Shown here: positions 42,971-53,856 of the stretch, piece by piece
Position numbering within the stretch: the first letter of the stretch is position 1
How the letters are laid out: each line of letters starts with the position of its first letter
DNA from: Nostoc sp.
GTDB taxonomy: Bacteria; Cyanobacteriota; Cyanobacteriia; Cyanobacteriales; Nostocaceae
Assembly: GCA_036918135.1 (NCBI GenBank)
Contig: JBALDB010000056.1
Location: 256,001 to 320,000 of the forward strand
Reading direction: 5' to 3'
DNA length: 64,000 nt
Position numbers and translations under genes: made by a program
The notes under the pieces: generated by a model
Databases searched by the model: none
What the model was told of the DNA's origin: nothing
The model's input: the letters and a program-made list of their open reading frames with translations, nothing else

Positions 42971-43105
42971 AACTCACCAAATTTAATAAATAGTTAGTTT
43001 CCACAGAACTAATGTGCAATGAAGTGATACATTAAGGCAAAAGAGGCAGCACCAGTAATAATGTACGTTGTTTGTCTTTGATTCGCTGCTTTTGGTGAAA
43101 GTTCC

Positions 43106-44014
43106 ATGTCACAAGACAATCCAAAACCGAACGAACAGCAGGTAACTCAACCTCCCCAAAAACCTTATCAGAGAGTTCAGCCAATTTGGAAGGCTAAAAT
43201 TATCCAACTTCTGAAAGGGACAATTGGGGTTTTAGAAGTAACAGTCCAAAAACTGGAAACAGCACCTCCACCCGGTGCTGAAGAAACCCCCAGTTTTTTG
43301 CAACAGCTTCAGCTGCGGTGGGGTGGACTATTAAGGACAGTCCGCTTATTTTTGCCATCAAATTTATCAACAAAGTTATCAGATACAGCTTTGACGGGAA
43401 TTATCACAGGAATTGCTGTAATTCTCGTTTGGACAACTACAACTATTTTTACTAATAAACCTACCCAAGTAGCAACAGTTCCTCCGGTTGAGGAAGTTCC
43501 CATACCAACACCAACGATAGCTACTCCACCGGAATCAGCCGTACCAGAACCACAGCCACCAGAAAAAATTACGCCGTCAGAAAAAATTACACCAGCGCCA
43601 GAAGCACAACAACCACCGGAGGAAATTACGCCGTCGCCAGAACCAGAACCGGAAGTAATTCCCACACCAACGCCAACGCCAACACCAACACCAATCAGAG
43701 AATTGACACCTGAACAAGCCTTAATTGTGGCTATTGAAAATCAGGTAGCTGAAATTAGCGATCGCATTACCTCTGGTTTGATAAACTCAATTCAAGCCAA
43801 CTTTCGCACGAGTAATCTCACTGTCAAAATTAGTGACGATTGGTACACTCTTCCAGAATCTCAGCAGGATAAACTCGCTGCCGATATTTTACAACGCTCT
43901 CAACAACTTGATTTTACTCATTTAGAAATTATTGACTCCCGAAATCATTTAATAGCGCGTAATCCAGTTGTTGGTACTGAAATGGTAATTTTTAAACGAC
44001 AAGCAACAAGTTGA
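43106..44014 (+). CDS. Hypothetical membrane protein with a Pro/Thr-rich linker
   Basis: TM, PTPTPT tract, C-terminal LIARNPVVG. Confidence 0.75.
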   Translation: MSQDNPKPNEQQVTQPPQKPYQRVQPIWKAKIIQLLKGTIGVLEVTVQKLETAPPPGAEETPSFLQQLQLRWGGLLRTVRLFLPSNLSTKLSDTALTGIITGIAVILVWTTTTIFTNKPTQVATVPPVEEVPIPTPTIATPPESAVPEPQPPEKITPSEKITPAPEAQQPPEEITPSPEPEPEVIPTPTPTPTPTPIRELTPEQALIVAIENQVAEISDRITSGLINSIQANFRTSNLTVKISDDWYTLPESQQDKLAADILQRSQQLDFTHLEIIDSRNHLIARNPVVGTEMVIFKRQATS

Positions 44015-44387
44015 ACAACAACTTAGAAATTAGCGTCGCATATTTTGAGATCGGAATTTTTAGATTTCAATATCTAAATTTAATCCGTCGTTTGTGCAAT
44101 ACTTTCAAAGTCCAAAGTTATAAAAAAATAAAATAAATAATATATTTTTTGGCTGAAGTATAAAATTTGTGTTGATTGTAATTTTTGCATTCACTATAAA
44201 ATTGATGAGAAACTGTTGCATTATCTACTAAAGAGGTGTATTTTAGAGAATGGCTTTTGTAAAAAGCTTTAGTAAAAGATAATTCAGCAAATCAGAATAA
44301 AGTGCTCAATTGATATTTTCAATTCTGCAAAGTTTATCTTGTTAATTACTATCAACACTTAACTTATCAGTTTAACTTCAAGTATTT

Positions 44388-45218
44388 ATGTTAGACAACG
44401 TTTCGCTATTGCTCCAAGCTTGTGAAAACCTAAATATTAGCTATGAAATTATTCATCCATCTGAAAATTTAATCAAAGTAAAATTGAATGATAAGTACCA
44501 CTATTTTTGTAATTATAGCACTCCTTTAATTAATCAAGCAGTGGCAAAAATTGTCAGAGATAAGGAATATACCTATCATATTTTAAATAAAAAAATTAAA
44601 CTTCCTCGGACAATAGGTTTTCTTTCACCTTTTTGCGATCTCCAATATAAGATGTACTTAAAATTTCCAGCTATTGAAAATATTGTATTAGAAATTAAAG
44701 ATAAATTTGAAACACCAGTAATTGTAAAAAGGAATTCTGGTTCTAGTGGACACAACGTCTTTTTATGCAAAAATCAAGATGAAATTGAAAATGCTTTAAA
44801 ACAGATTTTTGATATCAATCATAAGTATGATTACATTGCTCTTGCTCAAGAATTAATTCATATCAAATCAGAATATAGAGCAGTTTATTTAAATAAAGAG
44901 TTAGTTCTACTCTATGAAAAAGATATAAGTAACGCAAATTTTACGGGTAACTTAAGTCCTCTCCACTGGGATGGTGCAAAGGCTAAATATATCAGCGATC
45001 CTCAAATTTTGTCAGAGATTGATAATTTTGCTAGACCCATTTTTGAAGAATTAGATCTTGATTATGGTGGTTTAGATATTGTATTAGATAAAAATAACCA
45101 ATATTGGTTAATTGAAATCAATTCTCATCCTAATTTTACCATTTTTACTAGAGACAATGGAAAAGAACATGCGTTGAAAGTTTTTGAAAAAATCCTAGTT
45201 AGTTTAGCCTCAAAATGA
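44388..45218 (+). CDS. RimK-like ATP-grasp ligase
   Basis: DKEYT, PVIVK..SGSSG..V, QELI...EYR, GLDI, IEINSHP. Confidence 0.85.
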   Translation: MLDNVSLLLQACENLNISYEIIHPSENLIKVKLNDKYHYFCNYSTPLINQAVAKIVRDKEYTYHILNKKIKLPRTIGFLSPFCDLQYKMYLKFPAIENIVLEIKDKFETPVIVKRNSGSSGHNVFLCKNQDEIENALKQIFDINHKYDYIALAQELIHIKSEYRAVYLNKELVLLYEKDISNANFTGNLSPLHWDGAKAKYISDPQILSEIDNFARPIFEELDLDYGGLDIVLDKNNQYWLIEINSHPNFTIFTRDNGKEHALKVFEKILVSLASK

Positions 45219-45308
45219 TTTAGGGCATGGGGACATAGGTAGGTAGGGAGACAAGGAGACAAGAGGATAAAAAGAATAACTTTTAACTCTTTACTCAACA
45301 TCCAACAC

Positions 45309-47399
45309 TCAAGACTCACTACTAAGCGCTTTCATTGTTTGGGTTGGTATCCATACAGTAAAGATTGAGCCAATACTCACAGTTGATTCTATTTCAATTC
45401 GACCTCGATGCAGTTCTACAAGTTGTTTAGTTAAAGCCAATCCCAATCCAGTACCTTCGTAGCGGCGGCGATAGGGTGTATCGAGTTGCTGAAATTTCTC
45501 AAACAGTAATGGTAATTTTTCTTCGGGAATGCCAATGCCGGTGTCTTCGACTTGAAAAATGGCGGTATCGTCCTCTACCCAAAGACGCAAAGTAACGTTG
45601 CCACTTTCGGGGGTAAATTTAATCGCATTAGTTAACAGATTCCAGAGAATTTGTTCTACTCGTTCGGCATCTGCAATAAAGCGATCGCGTTCGGGATCGA
45701 TTTGCAAATCAAGTTTGAGATTTATTTGTTCGCTTGTTGCTTTTTTTTGTAGTGATTTAATAGCACTTTGGGCAACATTTATCAGAGAAAATTCTGAAAT
45801 ATTTAAAGCTGTCTTCCCAGCCTCGATTTGTGATAAATCGAGGATGTCATTGATCATGTCTAATAAATGTTCTCCACTATCATGGATTGTTTGCAGATAA
45901 TCTCGTTGTCGTTGACTCAATTCACCCAAAGGCCAGCGTAATAACGTCGAAGACATCCCAATCACATAAGTTAAAGGTGTAAGTAATTCATGACTAATAG
46001 TAGCGAGAAATTGACTTCTGAGGCGGCTAGCAGCTTCAGCAGCGAGGAGGGCATCGCGTAGCGCCCTTGTATGTTCGATAACTCGTTCTTGTAGCGTTTG
46101 TTTTTCTTGGGTGAGGGTTTGCATTAACTCAGCTTGGTGAATGGCGATCGCTAATTGTTCGGCGATGGAACTGAGCAAGTTTTTTTCGCTATCAGTCCAC
46201 TGACGTGGATTCTCGCACTGATGAGCAATTAGCAATCCCCAGAGTTTTTCCTCAAAAATAATCGGTGCAGCCAATTTTGCCCGGACTTGACATTCTCTTA
46301 AAAAATTTAATAAACACTCTTCTAAAACATAAGTTTTTTCGACATCATCCACTGCTAAAGTCAAGCCTTGACGATACTTTTCCCAACCTTGAGAGGTTGG
46401 AAAAAAGCAATTTTTTTCGCTGTAATTCAACACTGATATAATATTATCTTTAGCACGGGCTTCATAGATAACATAACCCCGATACTTTTGATACTCTTGT
46501 GAGATAGATTGACTATTGACTGACAGACAAAGCGAGGAGTTACTGTTATCAGGGGAAAAATCTGAGCCAAGGTCTTCTTGAATTGAGACTTCAGGTTTAA
46601 TACTACTAGCTAAAATTCCCTCTGTTGTAGCCAGCGCTGTGTCATTGAGAGCAATAGTATTAAATTGGTGTTGTTGAGTCTTGACTTTGGAACCCTCAAA
46701 TTTATAAATTACTAATCTGTCTAATTCCAAAAACTCACGCACTTGTGTAATTGCTGTTGCCATAATTACTGGCAAATCTAGGCTTTTGCGGATCTGCGTT
46801 GTTACCTGGTTTAACAGCTGTTCTTGGGAAATTTGTTTTTTTAGGGCATCTTGTACTGGTTGACAAATATAAACAGCCGGCCCCATTGAGCTTGGAGGTG
46901 ATATTATTTCTTTATTTGGCTGAGTAAGAAAATATTCTAACAACAATAGCGTGAATTTACTTTGGAGCGTAGCATCGTTAAGTCTAATTACTTGCTGATA
47001 GCGTTCCAGATTTTGATGAGTCTGAGAACTGCACTCAAACAAGTTTCTTAATTGCAAGACAAAAGAAGCGATCGCCTCTAAATTAAATGTCAATCTAGTA
47101 TTAATCTGTGAGTCTTTAGTGCCCAGTTGTGAGTTGTCAGTAAGTAGTTTTTCTTCCTCATCTCTTTCATCCCTTTCTAAATTACCTAGCAACAGCGCAC
47201 TAAACTGCTCAGAAACAACTACTGTAAACCTTTGCCTCTCCCACTCTACAGGTATAGAAATCGACGCCAAAATAGCATCTGTGAGTATCAGAGTGGCACT
47301 TCCTACCGTTTGAGCCATCTGCTCTAACAATTCCCGTAGCTGATTGAATACAACAATAGGCAAGGTTCGAGAAAAGCTCAAATCAGGAAAACTCAGCAT
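45309..47399 (-). CDS. cikA: GAF-domain sensor histidine kinase, CikA-like, without a receiver domain
   Basis: GAF (LWGLLIAHQC..PRQW), SHELLTPL H-box, NAIKFT, DTGIGI, GTGLGL; Nostoc synteny with cobN. Confidence 0.75.
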   Translation of the reverse strand: MLSFPDLSFSRTLPIVVFNQLRELLEQMAQTVGSATLILTDAILASISIPVEWERQRFTVVVSEQFSALLLGNLERDERDEEEKLLTDNSQLGTKDSQINTRLTFNLEAIASFVLQLRNLFECSSQTHQNLERYQQVIRLNDATLQSKFTLLLLEYFLTQPNKEIISPPSSMGPAVYICQPVQDALKKQISQEQLLNQVTTQIRKSLDLPVIMATAITQVREFLELDRLVIYKFEGSKVKTQQHQFNTIALNDTALATTEGILASSIKPEVSIQEDLGSDFSPDNSNSSLCLSVNSQSISQEYQKYRGYVIYEARAKDNIISVLNYSEKNCFFPTSQGWEKYRQGLTLAVDDVEKTYVLEECLLNFLRECQVRAKLAAPIIFEEKLWGLLIAHQCENPRQWTDSEKNLLSSIAEQLAIAIHQAELMQTLTQEKQTLQERVIEHTRALRDALLAAEAASRLRSQFLATISHELLTPLTYVIGMSSTLLRWPLGELSQRQRDYLQTIHDSGEHLLDMINDILDLSQIEAGKTALNISEFSLINVAQSAIKSLQKKATSEQINLKLDLQIDPERDRFIADAERVEQILWNLLTNAIKFTPESGNVTLRLWVEDDTAIFQVEDTGIGIPEEKLPLLFEKFQQLDTPYRRRYEGTGLGLALTKQLVELHRGRIEIESTVSIGSIFTVWIPTQTMKALSSES

Positions 47400-47574
47400 T
47401 TTTAATCATTCTGGTAAGAGAGGGCTGAATGCAGGAACGAAAGTTTATTTTTCTTAAGAAGAACTCACAGCTTAAATACGAGCCAGTGCGGGGACAAAAA
47501 GTCTTCGGAATTCTGAATTTTCACTCCTTTTTTATTGTCTACTAACTAACAGCTTAAGACTGTAATACAAGATT

Positions 47575-50500
47575 ATGCATCGTATAAGTGGCATATCGGG
47601 TGGATGGGATCGGTCAGAGGGTTTAATTTTTGTAGAACAAACTCCAGCGACCTTGGTGTTGATTACGGCTGCTGATACCGACATTCAAACCTTGGCAACT
47701 GCGATTCCAAAATTACCTGCACGCTTTCCTACATTCAGAGTCGCCAACCTGTTGCAATTGCAGCAACAACTAAGTATAGATACTTACGCAGAGCAAGTTT
47801 TAGAATTTGCCCAAGTAATAATTCTCCGCCTGTTAGGAGGACGTTCCTACTGGGCTTATGGCTTAGAAGTAGTGCAGGAAATTGTGCAACGTAAGGGTAC
47901 AACTCTTATTGTAATGCCGGGAGACGACAGTCTAGATCCCGACTTAATCTCCCAGTCTACTGTGCCTTTGAGCATTGTTAACCAAATATGGCAGTATTTT
48001 AGCGAAGGCGGAATAGAAAATTTCGTGAATGCTCTGCAATTTATCGCCGACGCTTGCCTTTCAACTGCATATAATCCTTCCCTACCCCGGCGGATTCCGC
48101 GTGTGGGATTGTATGAATGGGGAGCGGGGAGATGGGGCATGGGAAGAGGATGGGGAGCAGGGAACAGGGAGCAGAGGGGAGAAGATGCTCCCCTGCACGC
48201 CGCTCCCTGCCCCGATGCCTCTCCCTCATCTTTCCACACTCCCAATCCCCATTACCCCTTATCCCCAGAGGGGGCCCCACCTTCCCCAATCCCCAAAGTC
48301 GGCATCCTCTTCTACCGCGCCCATTATTTAGCGGGAAACACCAAGGTAATCGATGCTTTATGCCAAGCTTTGGTACAGAAAAATTTACAACCCGTGCCAG
48401 TTTTTGTTTCGTCATTGCGTGAACCAGATGTTCAACTTGAGTTAAGTGAATTTTTTCAACCCAAAGAAACTGAACCAATTGCACTGCTATTGAATACCAC
48501 CAGTTTTTCTTTAGCAAAGTTGGAGAGCGAAACACCCCAAACCGAACTGTGGCAAAAATTAGATGTGCCTGTATTGCAGGTTATTCTTAGTGGCGGGTCA
48601 GTTGAACAGTGGGAGTTACAGTTTAAAGGGCTTTCTCCCCGCGATATTGGGATGAATGTAGCCCTACCAGAAGTAGATGGGCGGATTATTACTCGTGCTG
48701 TGTCTTTTAAAGCAGTGCAAACTCGTAATTCCGATTTAGAAACAGATGTGGTAGTTTATGAACCAGTGAGCGATCGCATCGAGTTTGTTGCTCAACTAGC
48801 AGCAAATTGGGTGCGACTGCGTTCAAAACCACCCCAAGACCGGCGAATTGCCCTAATTCTGGCAAACTACCCCAACCGCAATGGACGCCTAGCTAATGGT
48901 GTGGGACTCGATACTCCAGCGAGTTGTGTAGAAATCCTCCAAGCTTTACATCAAGCAGGGTATCAAGTAGAAAATCCACCTGCTCAAGGAGATGAGTTGA
49001 TTCAACGGCTAACATCTGGCGTAACCAACGATCCGGAAAGTCGAGAATGGCGTCCGGTGCAGCAAAGTGTTTCTTGGAAAGAGTATCAAGAGTATTTCGC
49101 TTCTTTACCGCTAGCAGTGCAGCAGGGTATCAGTGAACGTTGGGGAGTGGGAGAGCAGGAGAGCAATCAAGAATTCTTCCCCTCTGCCCCTCTCCCCCTC
49201 TGCCCCTCTGCCTCTATCCCCGTTCCCGGAATTCAACTCGGCAATATCTTCGTGGGAATTCAGCCGTCAAGGGGTTATGATAATGACCCCAGTTTGAATT
49301 ATCATGCACCCGACTTAGAACCAACCCATGCTTATTTAGCCTTTTACTATTGGGTTAGAGAATATTTTGGTGCTGATGCTGTAGTTCATGTAGGCAAACA
49401 CGGAAATTTAGAATGGCTACCCGGTAAAAGTGTAGCTTTATCGAGCAATTGTTACCCAGAAGTCGCTTTCGGTGCCCTTCCTCACTTGTACCCGTTTATT
49501 GTCAATGACCCTGGTGAAGGTTCTCAAGCTAAACGTCGCGCTCAAGCAGTGATTATAGACCACCTCACGCCACCGATGACTCGTGCAGAACTCTACGGTT
49601 CTTTGCAACAGTTGGAAAATTTAATTGATGAGTATTATGAAGCGGAAAGTTTAGATCCTTCGCGTTTGCCAGCGATACGCGATCGCATTCGCGAACTAAC
49701 TCTTAAAGAAAATTTGCATCTAGATTTAGGAATTCAAAACGAAGAAATTTTGAATTCAGAATTTTTAATTTTGAATTCTTTAGATGGTTATCTTTGTGAA
49801 CTCAAAGAAGCTCAAATCCGCGATGGCTTGCATATTTTTGGACAATGTCCCCAAGGACAGCAATTAAGAGATTTAATAGTAGCGATCGCTCGCATACCCA
49901 ATCGCTATTCTTTAGGCATTACCCGTGCTATAGCCGAAGATTGGGGTTTAGACTTCGACCCCTTGACAGCAGACTTATCCATGACTAGCGGTCAATATTC
50001 AGTAGTTAATAGCACAGAATGTCGCACCATCGGTGATATTGTTGAAGTCCTAGAACAACACGCCGCCCTTTTAGTAGAACAACTTATAAGCCAGAATTCA
50101 GATTTTAGAACTCAGCACTCCCGACTCCCCACTCCCGACTCCCCACTCACCACTACCTTGGACTGGATACGCAATCGCCTGCTTCCGACTTTACGACAAA
50201 CCCACGAAGAGATTACCCATTTATTACACGGACTCGATGGCGGGTACGTAAAGAGCGCCCCATCTGGCGCGCCCACGCGCGGACGCCCGGAAGTTCTACC
50301 AACGGGGAGAAACTTTTACTCTGTGGATATTCGCGCCATTCCCACAGAAACAGCTTGGGATATCGGTAGAAAAGCTGCTGAAACTCTGATTGAATATTAC
50401 ACTCAAGAACATGGTGAGTATCCAAAAACACTAGGCTTATCATTGTGGGGAACTGCCACCATGCGAACTGGAGGGGATGATATTGCCGAGGCTTTGGCTT

Positions 50501-51594
50501 TACTGGGAGTAAGACCCGTGTGGGATGGTGCAGCACGGCGAGTCGTAGATTTTGAAATTTTACCCCTAGCGATTTTGGGGCGTCCTCGCGTAGATGTTAC
50601 CTTGCGAATTTCCGGATTCTTCCGCGATGCTTTTCCCAACTTAATTGATTTATTCGCTCAAGCAGTGACAGCGGTGGCAAACTTGGATGAACCGCCAGAA
50701 CAGAACCCTCTGGCCGTTGCAGTTCGCCAAGAGACTGATTTGTGGACTCAACAAGGTTTAACTTTAGAAGCAGCAAAAATGCGATCGCTTTATCGTATCT
50801 TTGGTTCTCGTCCAGGTGCTTACGGTGCCGGACTCCAAGGTTTAATAGAATCGCAAAATTGGACTGATGACCAAGATTTAGCCCGTGCCTACATCAACTG
50901 GAGTTCTTACGCCTACTCCTCGGCAGGGGGAGCAGGGGAGCAGGGAGCTCTTAGCAGGGGAGACGAAATTACTTCCCCCTGCCCCCTGCAAAGAGCCCCT
51001 CTGCCTCTTAACCCCACTCCCGAAATCTTCGAGCAACGCTTAGCCCAAATGCAAGTTGTACTCCACAATCAAGACAACCGCGAACACGACCTGCTCGATT
51101 CTGATGATTATTACCAATTTCAGGGTGGCTTAACAGTTGCGGTGCGTTCTCTACAAGGAAAAAATCCCCAAACCTATTTTGGGGATCATTCTATACCTGC
51201 CCAACCGCGAATCCGCCAACTAAGAGAAGAAATCGCACGCGTGTATCGTTCTCGCGTAATTAATCCTAAGTGGATTGCGGGAGTCATGCGTCATGGTTAT
51301 AAAGGTGCTTTTGAAATGGCGGCGACGGTAGATTATTTATTTGCCTATGATGCTACAACTAAATGTGTTGAAGATTATATGTATCAAGGCATCGTACAAG
51401 CTTATTTACTCGATCCAGCTGTCTTGGAATTCATTGAGGAAAAAAACCCTTATGCACTGCGTGATATTGCTGAAAGATTATTAGAAGCACACAAGCGCAA
51501 TTTATGGCAGGATGTAAATATAGGAACATTAGAAATTTTGAGAAACCTAGTACATCAAGCTGAAGCAGTTATCGAAGAAAAATCAATGGTGTAG
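47575..51594 (+). CDS. cobN: Cobaltochelatase subunit CobN with several repeat-derived in-frame insertions
   Basis: LPEVDG, GKHGNLEWLPGK, LPTGRNFY, WGTATMRTGG, RISGFFRDAFP, NPKWI.GVM.HGYKG. Confidence 0.95.
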   Translation: MHRISGISGGWDRSEGLIFVEQTPATLVLITAADTDIQTLATAIPKLPARFPTFRVANLLQLQQQLSIDTYAEQVLEFAQVIILRLLGGRSYWAYGLEVVQEIVQRKGTTLIVMPGDDSLDPDLISQSTVPLSIVNQIWQYFSEGGIENFVNALQFIADACLSTAYNPSLPRRIPRVGLYEWGAGRWGMGRGWGAGNREQRGEDAPLHAAPCPDASPSSFHTPNPHYPLSPEGAPPSPIPKVGILFYRAHYLAGNTKVIDALCQALVQKNLQPVPVFVSSLREPDVQLELSEFFQPKETEPIALLLNTTSFSLAKLESETPQTELWQKLDVPVLQVILSGGSVEQWELQFKGLSPRDIGMNVALPEVDGRIITRAVSFKAVQTRNSDLETDVVVYEPVSDRIEFVAQLAANWVRLRSKPPQDRRIALILANYPNRNGRLANGVGLDTPASCVEILQALHQAGYQVENPPAQGDELIQRLTSGVTNDPESREWRPVQQSVSWKEYQEYFASLPLAVQQGISERWGVGEQESNQEFFPSAPLPLCPSASIPVPGIQLGNIFVGIQPSRGYDNDPSLNYHAPDLEPTHAYLAFYYWVREYFGADAVVHVGKHGNLEWLPGKSVALSSNCYPEVAFGALPHLYPFIVNDPGEGSQAKRRAQAVIIDHLTPPMTRAELYGSLQQLENLIDEYYEAESLDPSRLPAIRDRIRELTLKENLHLDLGIQNEEILNSEFLILNSLDGYLCELKEAQIRDGLHIFGQCPQGQQLRDLIVAIARIPNRYSLGITRAIAEDWGLDFDPLTADLSMTSGQYSVVNSTECRTIGDIVEVLEQHAALLVEQLISQNSDFRTQHSRLPTPDSPLTTTLDWIRNRLLPTLRQTHEEITHLLHGLDGGYVKSAPSGAPTRGRPEVLPTGRNFYSVDIRAIPTETAWDIGRKAAETLIEYYTQEHGEYPKTLGLSLWGTATMRTGGDDIAEALALLGVRPVWDGAARRVVDFEILPLAILGRPRVDVTLRISGFFRDAFPNLIDLFAQAVTAVANLDEPPEQNPLAVAVRQETDLWTQQGLTLEAAKMRSLYRIFGSRPGAYGAGLQGLIESQNWTDDQDLARAYINWSSYAYSSAGGAGEQGALSRGDEITSPCPLQRAPLPLNPTPEIFEQRLAQMQVVLHNQDNREHDLLDSDDYYQFQGGLTVAVRSLQGKNPQTYFGDHSIPAQPRIRQLREEIARVYRSRVINPKWIAGVMRHGYKGAFEMAATVDYLFAYDATTKCVEDYMYQGIVQAYLLDPAVLEFIEEKNPYALRDIAERLLEAHKRNLWQDVNIGTLEILRNLVHQAEAVIEEKSMV

Positions 51595-51603
51595 GAAAAA
51601 AAT

Positions 51604-52743
51604 ATGGAGAATCTTGCGTATTTACACCTAGCTCATGCCTACGAAGACGGCACACCCAGTGAATTGATTTCCCTCAGTTCTTTGTTAAACAATGCAACTG
51701 CACCAGACTGGAGACGGCTTTCTGGAAAGGCTTGGAAGTATATGCTGCCCCTTGTTTTGTCTTTGTCTATTCTCAGTGCTGTTGGCAGCGTCATGGCACT
51801 AGAAAAAGGCGATCGCGGACCTTCTGTCAGGAATTTACAACAAAAGTTAAAATCAGTAGGTTTTTATCAAGCTCCCATCACACAAGTATATGACACATCC
51901 ACAGAAGAATCTGTGCGCCGCTTCCAAAAGGCTGCTGGCATACAAGTGAACGGTGTTGTCGGAGCAACCACCCTAGAAAAATTACAAAACTGGCAAGCGA
52001 AAAAGCCGAGTATTGCAACTGCACAAGCTAAAAAAACGACTGCTACGACTACACAAGCTAAAAAAACCAGCACTACAACCGTAGCTAGTTCAGCAACCAA
52101 CCAACGCCACAATTCCAACTATTTGATGAAGGGAGATGAAGGGGAAGAGGTTAGGGCTTTGCAAGAACGCTTAAGAGTTGCAGGCTTCTATTACGGCAAC
52201 AGCACAGGAATATTTGGCCCAATTACTGAAGAAGCTGTTAGGCGCTTCCAAGATTCTTACAACTTAAGCGTTGATGGAATTGTTGGCCCGGCAACATCGC
52301 GTAAATTGCCACCTATTGGCGTCGGTGATGGAGAAGAGGCCCCTAAAAAGGTAGCAGACCGAGATAAACTCCACCTTGGCGATCGCGGCGAGCCAGTTAG
52401 AATTGTTCAAGAACAATTAATTCAGGCAGGATATTTAGAGGGAGAGCCAAATGGCTACTATGGCCCTTACACTGCGGATGCTGTCAAGAGATTTCAGTCA
52501 GCCAATTTCTTGAGTGCAAGTGGCGTTGCTGGCCCAACTACTAGAGCTAAATTATATAGCTCAATAAATACTACGCCTAAAAGCGACTTTAGTGTTCTGG
52601 AAATTCAAACGCGATTACGGGAGCGAGGTTTTTATAAAGGCAAGCTCAACGGTGTGATGGCAGATGACACTAAAAAAGCAATCAAACAAGCCCAAGAATT
52701 TTACGGCATTAGTCTCAAGGATCTTAAGAGCGGACGCTTTTAG
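51604..52743 (+). CDS. Peptidoglycan-binding domain protein (Alr1690-like)
   Basis: Repeated PG_binding_1 motifs (V..LQ..L...GFY, G.FG..T..AV.RFQ, DGIVG..T); convergent with furA. Confidence 0.88.
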   Translation: MENLAYLHLAHAYEDGTPSELISLSSLLNNATAPDWRRLSGKAWKYMLPLVLSLSILSAVGSVMALEKGDRGPSVRNLQQKLKSVGFYQAPITQVYDTSTEESVRRFQKAAGIQVNGVVGATTLEKLQNWQAKKPSIATAQAKKTTATTTQAKKTSTTTVASSATNQRHNSNYLMKGDEGEEVRALQERLRVAGFYYGNSTGIFGPITEEAVRRFQDSYNLSVDGIVGPATSRKLPPIGVGDGEEAPKKVADRDKLHLGDRGEPVRIVQEQLIQAGYLEGEPNGYYGPYTADAVKRFQSANFLSASGVAGPTTRAKLYSSINTTPKSDFSVLEIQTRLRERGFYKGKLNGVMADDTKKAIKQAQEFYGISLKDLKSGRF

Positions 52744-52807
52744 CATCCGCTTTGGTGTTGTTAGTATCAGTCCTCAACTGGTTGCTTGCCTCCAGTAACA
52801 GCAAATT

Positions 52808-52862
52808 ACGAACTGCTCAAAATTTGACTAATTTGGTTAATTTGAGTAGTTTCGTTTTTTTT
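52808..52862 (+). terminator. Putative intrinsic terminator between the PG-binding gene and furA
   Basis: ACGAACTGCTCAAA...TTTGAGTAGTTTCGT imperfect stem followed by a T run. Confidence 0.5.
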
Positions 52863-52875
52863 ATCTACCCAAGTC

Positions 52876-53331
52876 CTAAAGTGGCATCAGCGCTCGTTGG
52901 CACTTGGGACACACTGCATGGATAGTCATTTGACAGTCAAGCAAGTGAAAACCTTCTTTTTGAGCGGTTTTCCCCCCAATTTTTAAAATTGAGTCATTTT
53001 TAAACTCAATAGTTGAGTTACACCTTACACAAATTAGGTGATGGTGGTGATGGGGATAGGGCTGGTTGAGTTCATAATGTTTATGTCCCTCACCCAATTC
53101 TAATTCCCGTAGAATTCCCATTCTCGCCATCAACTTTAGACTCCGATAAATTGTTGACAGACTGATTCCTTTACCATCAGTTTCTAACCGATGATAAAGA
53201 TCCTCCGCGCTTAAATGTTCGCCTTGCGGAAGTTCTTGAAAAATATGTAAAATTGTTTCGCGCTGGGGAGTTAAACGCCAGCCTCGCTCGTTCAGTTCTG
53301 CCTTGAGTGAAGTAGTTGTGTAGACAGTCAT
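52876..53331 (-). CDS. furA: Ferric uptake regulator FurA
   Basis: RLTPQRE, HLSAE, HHHHHLIC..C, C..C; closely resembles Anabaena FurA. Confidence 0.96.
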   Translation of the reverse strand: MTVYTTTSLKAELNERGWRLTPQRETILHIFQELPQGEHLSAEDLYHRLETDGKGISLSTIYRSLKLMARMGILRELELGEGHKHYELNQPYPHHHHHLICVRCNSTIEFKNDSILKIGGKTAQKEGFHLLDCQMTIHAVCPKCQRALMPL

Positions 53332-53856
53332 GGCTAATATTTCTCAACTAACACGCTTTGTTGAGAATATAACAAATCTTTGGAGCAATTTGCAACAATC
53401 ATTACCTATTGAGAATATTTACTAAATGCTCGAAAAATATCGCTCGGAAGTCAGCTAACAGTCGATCCCCAGCTTCAACATATTCACAGCAGAGGTCTGG
53501 GGAGAACTCTACTATAGCTGGTGCAAATTATTTGCTATAAGGCTTGAAGAAGTTTTGTTGCAATTTGTAACTCAATACACCACAGTACGGTAGCACATCT
53601 GTGCTACCCTGCAATAATTTAATTTTCTTTTCTATGTCTATTTCATTCAATTGAAAACTACTGTCTATCTAAGGAGCGAATACAGTCCTTTGTCCCTAGT
53701 CATTTGCCAGGTAAGTTTTTAAATCATACGCAAAATCTGAACGGAGGAAACCTCCGCTCAGACGCCACTTAACTACCTTACGGGTTCTCCAAAGGAGTAC
53801 AAGCCACAAGACCCGTTCAAACATAGTGGCTAAACTTTCTAACAAATGACTATTGA

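Noticed and set aside
47400..47574. Possible cobalamin riboswitch upstream of cobN
   Set aside because: Only a short TGTCCCCGCAC-like stretch, on the opposite strand; other conserved elements not found
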